Part shown: positions 63,234 to 64,000 of the stretch, in pieces
Layout of the letters: each line of letters begins with the position of its first letter
Numbering within the stretch: the first letter of the stretch is position 1
Assembly: GCF_026210795.1 (NCBI RefSeq)
Contig: NC_089433.1
Coordinates: 3,968,001-4,032,000 of the forward strand
DNA: 64,000 nt
Reading direction: 5' to 3'
From: Rhizophagus irregularis
Taxonomy: Eukaryota
Notes under the pieces: generated by a model
What the model saw: only the letters and a program-made list of their open reading frames with translations
What the model was told of the DNA's origin: nothing
Database searches by the model: none
Made by a program: the position numbers and the translations under genes

Positions 63234-63817
63234 GATTACCATAAAATATCGCCAACAAAGGATAGAATGGCGAATGTATCTCCAAAATATGAGGATTTGA
63301 AAGATATTTTTGTGAAATGTGGAGAAGAGATGGAATGGGAAGCTATAGAAAAGGCTGCGGTAAGTAAGACAGAAGTGGATGCCGAAGGATGACGTACGTG
63401 TTTTTATAAAAGAAAGCGTCGTTTGCGCGGCGGAATCACATGAAGTGATACAAAAATTTACTACGTTAAACGATGAGTTTACAAAGCGCGTTAAGGAGAC
63501 GGATCCTAAGAATATGAATGAAAAAAGAGCAACCAAGAGCCAGGAAAAGATGTACAAGAAAAGATAGAGGGTGGAACTAGTGTGAATCATATTTTGAAAG
63601 ATCCTAGTTGAAGTTACGTATTTTACGTTATAAAAATTCCCAACAAGAAATAGTTAAGATTATGTTTAATGTATTAGTTTAATTTAGATAGATTCCTTGT
63701 TGACATGATGCTTTTGCGTCCATATTTTTTGCGTCCATATTATAATTGTTTATGTAATAAATTTTTATAATACTAATAAAGGGTTTTTACCAAAAAAAAA
63801 AGGATTACCAAAAAATA
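63234..63817 (+). mobile_element. Short 3' fragment of a non-LTR retroelement
   Basis: Purine-rich decayed ORF ending AATAAA...TTTACC + A-run, like the 23085 LINE. Imperfect flanking repeat GATTACCA(T/A)AAAA. Confidence 0.55.
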
Positions 63818-64000
63818 AGTAAAATAATTGCAGATCAAGTCGGACCCAAAGGTGCCACCTGTAAATACTGTAAGAGGTGGAATTATTCAACACTATTTTA
63901 AGTTGTTTTGTAGAAGGTATGTTAAAAAACTAAAAAAAAAATTTTAATCTAAAGGATATTGGACTCAAAGGGTGTTACTGTTTAGAAGAAGGCCCAGCAT

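Overview
AT-rich eukaryotic DNA with short GT-AG introns. The gene content (BTB-BACK-TLDc paralogues, F-box/LRR, tyrosine-kinase-like pseudogene, AIG1 GTPase) points to an arbuscular mycorrhizal fungus (Glomeromycotina, Rhizophagus-like); this is an inference. The first ~28 kb is a nest of transposable elements, many resolved to the base by terminal inverted repeats (TIRs) and target-site duplications (TSDs). It holds a complete 9.8-kb CACTA/EnSpm-type element (CACAG...CTGTG, CTT TSD) with a transposase, a divergent accessory gene, a zinc-knuckle ORF and a 5'-truncated LINE, inserted in a CAC-ended element with a 4-bp TSD. Also present are a second, internally deleted CACTA-type copy, a disrupted hAT transposase, two solo LTRs, several MITEs, a Mutator-like element carrying a vertnin/OTU-like protease remnant, and an array of micro-exon/intron units. 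From ~32 to 62 kb there are eight two-exon BTB-BACK-TLDc genes with hypervariable TLDc segments, one of them a chimera from a near-perfect 2.7-kb tandem duplication. An F-box/LRR gene, a flavin monooxygenase pseudogene and an AIG1 GTPase are interspersed. No rRNA, tRNA or CRISPR array was recognised. Family names come from motif recognition, not database searches; pseudogene ends are approximate.
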